A stretch of 64,000 bases of DNA, taken from contig NC_092671.1 in assembly GCF_964355755.1 (NCBI RefSeq), positions 36,776,304 to 36,840,303 of the forward strand, in the 5' to 3' direction. Within the stretch, counting starts at the first letter, position 1; each line of letters starts with the position of its first letter. Made by a program: the position numbers and the translations under genes. Source of the DNA: Antedon mediterranea. Taxonomy: Eukaryota > Animalia > Echinodermata. Below are positions 1 through 13,200 of this stretch, in pieces. The notes below the pieces were generated by a model that saw only the letters and a program-made list of their open reading frames with translations, ran no database searches and was not told the DNA's origin.

Positions 1-22
1 TTTTGACAATTTGCTAAAATTG

Positions 23-139
23 AAAAAAAAATGTGATGTGCCCATACATAGACATGATGATGTCATATCACTACTACAGTATATTTGAGTACACCACACT
101 TTTTTTTGTCAAACTAATTTGATAGTGTGGACAGAACTT
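23..139 (+). mobile_element. MITE-A (PIF/Harbinger-type) partial copy
   Basis: Internal core plus right TIR TTTGATAGTGTGGACAGAACT. Confidence 0.8.
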
Positions 140-454
140 AAGTCAGTAAATGAATCCACCATTCTGTCAACAAACTATCAGCGTAAAGACATCTAAACAA
201 CTCAGTGAATCTTGTTTATTTTAACACCTAAGTGCAAGCGATCCTGGCGATTACAGTTTTTATCTGTCAACCAACGAGCTATTATTACTCTGACAGCGTA
301 CTTATTAAAAGCCTTTTGTTTTAATGCAATCGCTTTAGGAAGTTGTTGCCAACCATTATATATCTTGTATTATCTTGATGATTACTTTTGATATTGCTCA
401 ATACCTTTCACTATCATAATGTCAAGCACAATATATCTATTAACAACTATTATC

Positions 455-800
455 ACAAGATTTTTATTACATATATTTTTAGTGCAAGTAGTTTTATATA
501 ATGAAGAATAAAAATTAAATATTTATGGTAAAGAAACATATAGCATATTTGTTGAGGAAAGATCTGATACGTTTTTGCTGAGATACTGTAGGCTACTGTA
601 TCTTTATTTATATCTCTTTTTAAATATCTAATTACAAGATTTTTATTACATATATTTCTTAAAGTTTTGTATGATGGAGTATAAATATTAAATTATTGTG
701 GTAAAGAAACATATACTGTAGTATATTTGTTCAGGACAGAACAGATTGTTTTAAGATGAGATACTGTAGGCTATCTATATTTATATTTGTTTTTAAAGAT
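455..800. repeat. Diverged ~180-bp tandem duplication
   Basis: ACAAGATTTTTATTACATATATTT at 455 and 634. Confidence 0.75.
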
Positions 801-1144
801 ATTTAATTTCTTTTTATTTATATTAAATTAAAGGAGCCTTTTGGGCTATTATGGAAAATCTTTTATTTATTTAAAATGTAGTTTTTCTGTGCTGTCAGTA
901 TAGTAGTTATAATGACTTTGTACAATACTGTATGTATTTAAAATAAATAATTTTATTTTTTAAAATTCTTTGATTATTGAAATATCAAATGATTTGTATA
1001 GTAACAAATTGCTCTCTTGCTTGGAAACTTTTTTGTTCCTGATTGTCGAAAGATTGAAAATAAAATAAAAATAAAATAAAACAATGTTTATTAGTGATTT
1101 AATGTATTAAAAGCAAACATTTTTTTGCCGATGGATTAGCTTAA

Positions 1145-1323
1145 AGCGTGGTTTCCACTAGCGACGCAACACAAGGACGTAACGCAACGCAAGTGAATTG
1201 ACCAATCACAAGCGATGGCTTATTCGCTTGTGATTGCTAACTGTCTATAACTTTGCTTGTCATTGGTTAAAATGCTTGCGTTGCGTTTACGTCCTTGCGT
1301 TACGTTCTAGTGGGAACCAAGTT
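1145..1323. mobile_element. MITE-B (Harbinger-type) complete copy
   Basis: Long imperfect TIRs AGCGTGGTTTCCACTAGCGACGCAAC.. / ..CGTTCTAGTGGGAACCAAGTT; TAA duplication. Confidence 0.88.
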
Positions 1324-3283
1324 TAAATAAAGATGTTTCTTATTTACCATAGGCCTAATTATATTACTGCAAAATGAATCAACTACAGTATGGCATAAAC
1401 GGCAAACAAACAACAACAAAATCATTTATTTTACATATTTATAAATCCACATCTGTATGGAATAATTAACAATATAATCCAAAAAGGTGGCATTTGTCAA
1501 TAAGTAGTATTTTCCCCTCAATGAACACTTTCACTTCCATTTTTATCTGTGGGAATAATCTATCGTGCCAAATTAATTTGCTTCACATTCAACTGTCAAA
1601 TACTTGAATATACTTGTGTACTTCACCGGCGTTCACCAACATTTAAACTTTCTGAAGTAAATTTGAAACTTAAACTTACATAGCCATACTGTACAAACTT
1701 AGTGGGAAATAGCATTTCATTTTAGTATTATTAGAAATGGCATATCTATTATTTGGTTAAAATTGTATATCATATTATAGTACAACAAACTATAGGGTGG
1801 TGGGTACGGATTAGGGCACCTTCAGAACCAAACAAAAGTATCCCCTTAATATTGGTGTTCCCTGAATAGGTTGGTTGTAGTGTTACATGATTTCTCCTTG
1901 TTCATCTTACGAAAAAAGTGTCCCTTTAATGGGGATGTCCCTTGAATAGGAGTGCCAAAAAGATGGGGGTTTATTATAGGCCTTTATTATTTATAAGGGG
2001 ATACATTGAGATGGTCCAAATTGAGGGCATTGTTCATGAACTAGAGACTTATTACGGATAAAGGTGTTCTCGCATTTCCAATATTGTAATATCCATCTAT
2101 ACATACAGACAGAAGTGCCTGTGCAAAATATCTCGTTAATCTTGGCAAGAATTAGATAATGTTTGTATATTTTGTGAACATACAGTACTACAATGTAAAT
2201 TATGATACAGTATCTAAATATCAAAACGTTTAATAACAAGAAATGTTGAGTCATTAAAATCAATGGACAGATTCCAAGTTTTTTAATTGGAAGTCTACCA
2301 AAGTAAAGTTCTGCTAATAACGAATTAAACTATTATGTCATCTTGTTCATATTTTAAATGACAATACTGACGACGCTAATATTGCATTTAAGAAATTCTC
2401 ACCATCTAATATTATTACTAATCATTAGATAAGAATAAATAAACAACTTTATTCTAGTTAAATGAACAAATACAAGTGGATATTAAATCATAATTAAAAT
2501 TAATTTGTTTAACAAAGAATCAGACTTCAGAAATATAAATTATATAAGATATTGTTTGTTTATCCTAAAAGGTAAATTCCATTGACGTCAATGTTATTTA
2601 TTTATTTTGACGATGTATTAAAATTAAAATGTCTGGACATACTTTACAAATCTAAAATTGGCAGTGAGCCAAGTACAATGTACAACCCGCATTATCATCA
2701 ATTGGTCATATTTTCAATATTAAAGATATTTTCCCCCTAAAAAATAGGGGTTTTTTTTCAATTGTTTTTTAATATGCCATTTTAATGTCAAATAAGCAAA
2801 ACAATTATTTTATTTTATTTATTTTTATTAAACTTTATTAAAACTGCAAAATGGCCTATTTTGTCTGATTTTATTAATTGTCATTTTTCATGTTTTTGAC
2901 TGAAAGTATATACTAATCAACAAGTCACATACCAATGATTAATCATTTAAATACAATTTATTTTACAACTAACTTTTAAAAAAAATTAAAATATTTACAA
3001 GTTTGAATTAGCTATTTGACTAGTAACCAGACAAGTTGAATATACGTTTCAACTTAAGATGAAATAAATAGTGTTATGACCTCTACCGAAACTCTAGAAA
3101 CCAATGCGATAAAAAAACCGACTTATTATCAACACAATAATGAGAATTCACGTCTTGTATAACCTTCTGTAAGCTAAAAAATCTCATGGTGATCAGTTTG
3201 ATTGCTTTGTGTAAGGAGTGCCAAGTAGCGAGATTATTACTGTACATGACACGATAACAAAATTCTATGCGCAACCAACACTA

Positions 3284-3472
3284 AGCTCTGTCTACACTAT
3301 CAAACTTTATGTGACAAAAAAATGTGATGTGCCCATATATGGACATGATGATGTCATATCACTACCATATTTGGGCATATCACTACCATATTTCAGCATA
3401 TCACTACCATACTCGATATATGGGCACATCACACTTTTTTTGTCAAATTAGTTTGATAGTGTAAACAGAGTT
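3284..3472 (+). mobile_element. MITE-A copy
   Basis: TIRs AGCTCTGTCTACACTATCAAAC / GTTTGATAGTGTAAACAGAGTT; 3 internal ~21-bp CACTACCATATTTGGGCATAT-type repeats. Confidence 0.9.
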
Positions 3473-4161
3473 TAAAATTCTCATGAGAAAGTTCATGTTT
3501 TAAGGTGATTAACTTCCAAAAACTCCGTTATCAAGTGTTATTAATTTCCCTGTTTGAAATTGTCAGCCATATTTATTATGCGTGCAAGTTTTTAAAGTCT
3601 TAAATATACGATGCAACTCATGAGGGAATCAGACACGAGTTCTCAAGGGAGAGGATTTCGAACAAATTTAATCAAAATATTGGGCAGAACTTGTCTGGAT
3701 CAATAACAGGCTCTAATGTAAAAATTCACTAAAACTGTTTTTAATGGTCGGTAACCTAGCAACAAGCGACTGAATGGGTAATTATTAACAAGATTGGGGT
3801 AATACCTGGTTAGTATAAACTACATTTAATATATTTTGTGGATCAGTAGTTGTTTATCACAATATAGTATACTGTAAAAAATAGAAGTTGTCTATGAATT
3901 TTTCTACTGACAGCGTTTTGCAGGGGCACCACTACAATGGGGGGGGGGGGGGATCCCACCATGGAGCATCCTACCATGGGGAGGGGGGGGCTGTGGCTTA
4001 AATACTCAGCCTGAGTCTCTCTATTTCATAATCCTGGAACTTCCCCGGTTTTGAGCCAAACTTGCATTCATTGAATGGCTGTAAATTTGCGACCACATGG
4101 AAGCAACATATAATAATTCCGGCAATACCCCCCATAATTCCATAATTTTAATGTGACTTAC

Positions 4162-4259
4162 CCTAGATGATTCATAATTTGGACTGGGTCTTGGGCCGTT
4201 ACTCCATGTTGAACTATTTTCCATTTGTCCTCCTCCTCCTCCTCCTCCTCCTCCTCCTC
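4162..4259 (-). CDS. TCF12: E-protein coding exon 3 (poly-Gly + WSNGPRPSPNYESSR)
   Basis: tttgtag|GA(GGA)10 QMENSSTWSNGPRPSPNYESSR|gtaagt; 98 nt; resembles TCF12 SWGTSGQPSPSYDSSR. Confidence 0.88.
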
Positions 4260-7200
4260 CTACAAAAAAAGGTTAAATTCCCATATAATAGTCATTATAA
4301 AAACGTGTCATTCTTCTTAATAATATAGAATACATGTTTGTTCACAATTATTATTAAAGCATTACTTAAAATAAAACAATGAATGAAAATTGAATGAAAT
4401 ATGAAACAAATACTATTTCATTTTACTATACTCTACAGTAAACCACAAACAAACTCATATTATAACATAATGATTTCATTGTAATCAATGATTTAATATC
4501 ATTTTCACCAATAAATAACATTGTCACCAAAATTAACATAATTGGTGACAAAAATGATCATAGTCGCAAACGATTATAATACACATTTAATCTAAGGTCA
4601 CAAAAATATGATTCAAAACTTATTAAAAAGGTAACAAAATGCATGTCATGACAAAGTAAATATATAAATGATATCTTCCTGTCTCTAAAATGATCAGATT
4701 TCTTTACAAATCCACAATTTCAGAAAGATATTTTTAAAACTATGACGTCGTAATAAATGCAAATATACATTTTGTTGTCTTGCAATTTTGGTTTGAACAA
4801 TTTTATGATATCATTAAACTACCTACATATAATTATAAAATTTGAGCAATCAATTTATGAAAAGAATTTATAATTATTATTGATTTCTTTAGAAGAGATC
4901 AAGAAAACAGATGTTTTTATTATTGACTATGTGATATCTCTACAAATAAGTACATGTGAATCACTACGAGCCACAATCTTTTGCATATCACCATTGAAAA
5001 TAACAGAGTATAAAACTGTTTATCCAAAAATTATATAACATAATTTATGATACAAGTGTATATTTGCTTTGATTTAATTTTACATTACTATAAAATCTAT
5101 TATTCTTTGTGATATACAGTATTTATTTGAAATCTTTTATTCATTGTATAAAATACTCTAAAGGCAAATCCGAATTTGCTGCAAAATGTATTTTAATTTT
5201 TGATTTTTTTATTTTTGGAACAAAAACTAACCACTGCACAAAGAGCTATGGAAAGGCAGATGCTTGGAGTGACAATTAGGGACAAAATCAGAAACACAGT
5301 AATAAGGAAATTGACTAAAGTCAAAGATATAATGAACAAAATAAAAGAAGCAAAATGGCATTGGCGCGGGACACCTTGCAAGAAGGGATGACAACAGGTG
5401 GACAAAACGTATGACAGACTGGCAACCAAGAACCGGCACAAGAAAAAGGGGAAGGCAGAAACGGCGATGGAGGGACGACATTACAAAGTATGCAGGCACC
5501 ACGTGGGCGAGGATAGCACAGAACAGATGGGATTGGCAGAAGCATGAGGAGGGCTACATCCGACAGGGGATGATACAGCTAAACTGAACTGAACTGTATT
5601 TTAATTATGGATATGTTGTGATATACTTTTGAAGCACGTCAAATGTATGATGGATCCAAATTCAAATCTAAAAACACCTAGGACACCAATCTATACAACA
5701 ACAAATGTTTTAAATTCTGTCTACACTATCAAACTTTGTAACATAAAAAAATGTGATGTGCCCATATATGGACATGATGATGTCATATCACTACCATGTT
5801 TCGGCATATCACTAAACATGTTTAGGTATATCACACTTTATTTTGATAGTGTAGTTTGATAGTATAGACAGAGCTTTAGAATCAATTCTCAGACAATTAC
5901 ATGTTATAGCATAACAACAAAATGATGGCATGCTGGGAAATCAAATCCATTTAAAATATTAAACAATATAATAATAATAATTTCATATAAAATATTAAAC
6001 AAATATTAATCAACCAAATTTATATAATAATCAAGTAGGCCTTCCCTATTTGGTAATTTGATTGATTTTTTATTCAAATTTCTGAATATTGGAAAACAAA
6101 CAAGATTTAAATAGCAAGCCAAACAGATGATACTTTACATTTAATAAAAACAAATCCTAAATAATATTGAATAAATTTATTCTGTAATTGTTAACTTTTT
6201 TTTTAGAAATTTTGTATAAAAATCAATAGCTTTTTACATGAAAACGTAATGCTTTAAAGCAACTGGTTTCCAGTCAGTTTATTACATACAAACAAGATAT
6301 ATTATTTTATTTTATCAACTATGGCTATAAAACAGAGTTCAAAAAAGACCCTGTGAATCCTGTCATCTGTTGGACAACTGTCTGTATATACAATTCCTCT
6401 AGTTTCTCTGTGTTAGATTAAGGTTATTATTTTCGTACTTGTAATTTTACACGTGTGGCAATTAAATCCTAGTATTTGATTCCGATCAGAAATCAATAAT
6501 TGTACGACTACGATGAACAAAAATTGTCAACAGTTTTGTTTACTGAGACCTTCTCCAAATATTGAACGTAAACCGAGAATTCTTTACAAAACAATTTCCG
6601 TAATCAGTACATTTATTCGTTGAAAAAAATCTATGATTTTTGCCTACCACAAAAACCGACTTTTAACATCAGTTTATTTTGGTTTAAAACACAAATATAT
6701 AAATTACTTATCTACTACAAATATTATTTTAATTTTACATTACTTGAAAAGATTTTTAAATATTTAGTATGTTTTAATCATACAGCATAATAGAAGAGCA
6801 TTCATGATTTTTGTCTACCACAAAAACTGACTTTTTACATCAGTTGATTTTGGTATAAAACACAACAAATATTTACTACTAAAAGAATGTTTTAATTTTA
6901 CAATACTTGAGAAGATTTTAAAATATTTAGTATGTTTTATATCATACAGTACATTAGAAGAGTATTCATGAAAAAATGGTTGTCTTTAAAGAGTAAAAGG
7001 TCATCAATATGACCTTTAACTCCTCCTAAGACAATATCATTCATATTCCAAAATTATCAACAACCCTACCTCTATACAGAATCATTTCAACCAATGAAGG
7101 CCACATCAGCGGACTGTTCTCCTTAGAAAAAACTATTCTTAATATTCCACCAATATCGAGTCATTGTCCTCATCTTAAGCTCTTCTCAGTTTTCTAAAAC

Positions 7201-10200
7201 CCCTTGGGGTATCTCTCATCCAATCAGCCAATCACAAGCCATACTTGGTACCAACTATACCATATAAGGCTAGTGTACTTAAAGCCCTCATGCTTTAGTT
7301 AAGGTCATTACTACACTTCCTCTAAATTGAAATGTGAAAAGCCTAGTGATTTCCATTTTCCTATTACATTACACTTATAACTTTATTGAACCAATTCAGG
7401 ATAATTTTGTTTTTTTTGTTTACTTTAGTAAACATGCATCACATGTAAACAGGGCTAAAAAATAAGCCTCATCACACCACTAATTACAGTAGAATTCAAC
7501 TAATACGGTATAGATGATTTTATAAATGGAAGAATGTTGGTATTTTACCAATTTTATCATATTTTAATGATTTATATTCGTGACAAGCAAGACACTTTTC
7601 AAATTAGAATGCTTGACGAACTAAAATGATTTGAATTGACACGGAGAACTACAGAAATCACATAAAAATTGATACCAACATTGAAAAATATATATTGGGT
7701 TAAATTATCTTCAAAATAATAATAATATCCTAGATTTATATAGCGCCTAATGTTGTGAAACCTCTAAGCACTGAACAGTATTACCTCAGTCATTTTTTTG
7801 GGATCAAACACGTATGGAAACATACTCCCATAATGCAGCTAGTAATCAGCACAAAATTGTGTCTTGATCTAACCGGGTACACATTTATACACCTGGGTGG
7901 AGCGAGGCAAACGTAAGTAAAGTATCTTGCCTAAAGAACACAGTACAAGCAATGCAGTGAGAGTTGGATTCGAACCTCGATCTCCCGATCAGTAGTCGGA
8001 CGTTCAACACACTGTGTCACACGCCCTTACAATTGCATCGTGCTGTAGTGACATGATACAATATTTTCCAATCTAATCTATTTATTTTACAACAATGCAT
8101 TCAGCCTCATGTTCCCTCAACTATGTAAAGATATGAGGTATTTTTAAATGATTTGACACTTTTTTTTATAATAAGTACTAAAACGATTGCAATGAGCAAA
8201 ATGAATCTCTTCTTGACACCATTTGCAGAAATTAAATTATACCAAGGCAATTTTTCTAATAACTCTGCAGGCTTCATTAAACGCTACGCTAATACTAAAA
8301 TTCCTCCACTGGGAAGAATAAAATGAAGCAGGTTATTAAAGTCACGATTCTCATATATAATTCTTACTTCTGAACGGTTATCAGACGATTGGCTAGTGAG
8401 TAAACTACAGTGTTACACTTCCCCCTTGAGGCACATGTACAACACCTATCAGTGTATTGGCGTTTAATGGCAAGTATTTCATCTTAGGCATACATTCTGT
8501 GATCTGTCGATGATGCTGAATATTATCTATCCTACACTGTAACTAAATACTCCTGCACTGTCAACATCTGGGTCACAGAACTTTTCCTTGGAGAGAGAAA
8601 ATCTAGAATCTGTATCAAATTGGACGAACTTTAATAACATGGAAACTATCCAAATTAATTGGAAATTATTAATGAATAATATTGATTACATTTTACTTCT
8701 TTTAAGATTTTATGCTTTGAAAGAAATGTATTGTAGGTCATCTAATTTTTATGTATTTTCAAATTATATATCTTCTGCCATATATTATTGTTATACGTGT
8801 TTGTATGTTTATGCCGTTTGTTGTAATTATCTGTTTTTAAAGGACTGCAATGGAATGAGGTTGATTTTCCTTTCGCATTAAGGGCTATCCTTAGTTTTTT
8901 ATTTAATGTATTTGCTTGTAAATTGTTTGTATTCATATTATCAATCAATCAATCAATAATTTTTATTTCTCAAATAAAAACAAAATACAGTTAACATTTT
9001 CTAAAAATAATAGATAATAAATGAGAAAAAGGGGTACCCCACTGGAAGCTTAAGCTTTAAAATGTGGGGTCCTGGCAACATAATTAAAAATATTGTCTTG
9101 TAATCTTATGGTGAAACCGAATCAAATCCAATCATTTTTATCAAACCTATTGAGTTATACCGCTGTTAACTATAGGTTGTATTTGATTAAGCTGCTCTTG
9201 CAAAAAAGACCTACTTTGTTTATTACAGATATTATATTAGTCATAATAATATGAATTTGAACATCAGAAACGATGTATACATCAAAGTAATGCATCCTGA
9301 ATAGTCATAAACGGAAGTATCATCAGGTATTATTATATATATATATATATATATACTCTTTACAAAAAATATATATATCACTTACATTTCCTACCAACGA
9401 AAGCTAATCAAAATATTAACCGATACTGTACTGTATGTACTTTTCCTATGCAGCGTTTAAAGATGTATTGTCCCCAACAACATGAAAAATGAATTTTTTT
9501 TTTGCTTTAAATTACAGTTTTTCACGTAAATACAATTTTACAATTTTTGGTACTGTAAAAATGGATAATTATTATGTTACATTAAAATGACATATTCAAC
9601 AAAAATAATTATTTTTCCAGGGGGAGAATAATGAATCCATTCTTCTTGAATAGTAAATTTATTCCATAACCTAAAAGTCATCCAAGTTAATCATGTTATA
9701 TCGAAAAATTACAAAGAAGAGGTTAGGCTGCTTGATAAAAATCAAATTTGGCTTAATGGTGACCCCACCCAATACAACAACAGCAATGTCAATAAATTTA
9801 ACTATATTTCATTCCTGGATGTAATTGTTTGATATCCTGACCTACATTCATATGTGCTGCAGCATCATGCTACATGGCAGTGATCTTCCGGTTTCTCCTT
9901 CCCGAGGGAATTTACAATAGGACAAATTGCCATTCCTAGAAGAATCATGATGATCAAAAACTTTTGAGGCATTTTACTTCCTCAGTTTCGATTCACTAGT
10001 TTATATATAATTTTATATAACAGTTAAATAAATTCCTGGCATTTGATTGGAAGATTGTGGGTCACATGGCGTGCAATAGTGCGATAGCTAATTCTATATA
10101 GGTATTATTAAGTAGGTATTACAGTCAAGAGATTATTTTAAAATAATAGTTAAGTACTTGTTGCTACAGAAAAATTCATTTTAATTTCATAAATATAACG

Positions 10201-13200
10201 CATCAATTTTTATCATCAAAATTTCTGAATATTTTAATGCTCTTAAATTTGACCTGTTAATTCACATTTTAGCTTATCACAGTTATAACTGCTGCTGCCT
10301 TTGACCCGCTAATTTACATAGCGCATTAGCTCATTAGTTTATCACTGCTATAGACTTTATATAAATGACCTTTGACCTGCTAATTTGCATAGCGCATTAG
10401 CTCATTAGTTTATCATTGCTATAGACTTTATATAAATGACCTTTGACCTGCTAATTTGCATAGCGCATTAGCTCATTAGTTTATCATTGCTATAGACTTT
10501 ATATAAATGACCTTTGACCTGCTAATTTACATAGCGCATTAGCTCATTAGTTTATCATTGCTATAGACTTGATATAAATGACCTTTGACCTGCTAATTTG
10601 CATAGTCGTAGCACTGCCTGTTTATCAATGCCCAGGTAATGAACCTGAAACACAAAGAAACCTGAGCCTAGGCGATCATCTAATTAAACTGCACTACCGA
10701 TACAATGTTCATTTTTATTATATCACGGACGCTGCTTGATATACAAGAGTGTTCCTGTTGGCGTCTACTGATTGAATATATACATAATATTTAGATTGTG
10801 TTAATGAGAAATGATTCTGATTGTTATCAAATTAAATTATAATAGTTTGATTAACAGGTTTTAAAACCAAATTGTCATGATTGAGAAAGCAGTTTATATA
10901 TCAATCCAATTATGTCCAACTTGTCGATAATTGTAAATAATTTATAACGGTTTAATAGAATATAAGATTTCCTATTTAAAGCTATGATTCCTAGTAAACA
11001 CTAAATGGAAATGTGTTGTGTGTGTGCCACTTTGTGATATTTTGGAATTAAAAATAATCTAATTTTTTATTTATAAACTATTAATACATTTTTGTTCTTC
11101 AATCCCATTTTGAATTCTCTTCTCTTCCCAAAAACCTCAGTCTATGGCGCTATAAATTTACATTTTATGCCTCCATGCTTAGTCCGTTTTCATAATATTC
11201 GAATGGAGTTGGTTTTGGACCCAGTTAATTTTATGCACTACTATCTTCTTTCAAATTGTTTTTTTTTTTTGTTTTGTTTGACAGAGATTCTAACAAATAT
11301 ACAGTGATCTTTACAATTTTTAACTCGAACAATAAATAGTGCATTTATGATCATACAGTTAGTATTCTTTATAACAGTGTCTACATGTTAACTAGGTCAA
11401 AAGTAATATAATGTAATTTTACAATGTAAAACATGTTCTTAAACAAGAGTATAATATAATCCCAGACGATACTACTACACTAGCAAAACGATAAATTGTT
11501 ATTAGACATCGTACATCAATTCTCTGTCTTATTCTGTTTCCTTGCCACTTTGATTACACTTTCTTTACTATCATTGCCTAAATGGGGACAAGTGAAAAGG
11601 TGACTTATATAACAGCTTTTGTTGGCCTAGTAAATCTTATAATAGGTAGTCATACATATATAGACTGTACTATATTACTGTATAGTAGTGGTATTCCGTA
11701 AATAAATTGAATCTTTAAAGATGTATTGTCCCCCTGAAAAAATAATTCTTAAACAATTTTTTGTTGAATATTCCATTTTAATGTAACATATAGTTATCAA
11801 CTTTGACCAAAAATTGGATCGAAAAAAATGTATTTACCCGAAAAAAATTCATTTACCCGAAAAAAATTTATTTACCTGAAAAAAAATGTAATTTAAAGAA
11901 AAAAAAAGGTCAAATTGGCTGCCAGCCAATGGATTTTTGGTTGAATTTAACCATTTATTTGTCATTTTATAAGTGAAAACATGATTTTGTTCGGTTTTTT
12001 TTTTATGGAAGTGATTAACTTTATTAAAACTACAAAATAACATATTAAAAGTCTGATTTAATTATTCTTCATTTTTAAATTTTAGGTCAAAGTGGATAAC
12101 TATTATGTTACATTAAAATGGAATATTCAACAACAACATTTTTAAGAATTCTTTTTTCAGGGGGACAATACATCTTTAAACGGGCAAACAAATATATTCA
12201 ATTTTGTAAAATAGTTTCTGTTACTTCATTCTGCCAAATACATAAAGTTCTTTAAATATATTCACTATACTTGTATTTAATTATATTATTCAAAACTTTC
12301 TAACTGTACTTTTACTGTTTATATACAATACAAACAACAATTATTCTAAAATTAGTGAAGACATAAAATGATATTCTTTTAAAGTGTTCAAGTTGGTTAA
12401 GAAAGGTCAAAAGAGTAACATATAAATAGGTTGTAATTGGACTAATTTAATATGCTATGCCATTCTGCTAAATTAAAGCAAGAATTTAAAACCTCCAAGA
12501 CATTCATTCACACGCAATAAAAAGTCCAATATATAAACTTACCCACAATAAAAAAAGCCAGAGTAGATGTGGAAAAAATGTAAAGGAAACCTATTGCTCT
12601 GTCTACACTACCATATTTGGGCATATCACTACCATATTTGGGCATATCACTACCATATTTGGGTACATCACACTAGTTTGATAGTGTAGGCAGAGCTTTA
12701 CTTATATGTTTGACATAATCGTTTGACATAATCGTTTAGATTAATCTTTGATTAAAGTGATTAAAATCAAAGACACAATCTTAATAGAGATCAATAGTTT
12801 GCTTTTTAATTATATTGTTTTTAAAGAACTTTTTAAATCTAACTTAATCAGTTCTTACTTAGCGCCAGAAAAAGGTTTATCTTTAAAAGCTATACCAAAG
12901 TGGTCTATAATTATAAGACAACACATATTGTAGTTTGAAGTGCAGTTTGTAAAATGTACTTTCATCTAATTGTATCTCGAGACAACACAGTTTTCGATGA
13001 CAAGAAAAATGATCTCAGTGTCTTTACTGCATGACTATTAAGCACTTTCTTATTGTCCATGCTTATTGTAACCAGTTGTAACTAAAACAGTGTTATGGGA
13101 CAATCAATAGAACAATACACTAATCCTTTGGTATGTGATTAGGGAAAGAAAAGAAATCTGATGAATAAAAGACAGCATGAGTAGTTGAAACCTATTATTC

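Noticed and set aside
1790-1980. Degenerate Tc1/pogo-like MITE (GTCCCTTGAATAGG repeats) as the source of the TACWGTA scars
   Set aside because: Its termini are too decayed to confirm CAG..CTG ends.
7940-8027. tRNA gene
   Set aside because: The B box belongs to a SINE head with no complete cloverleaf; the same applies to 43960-44051.
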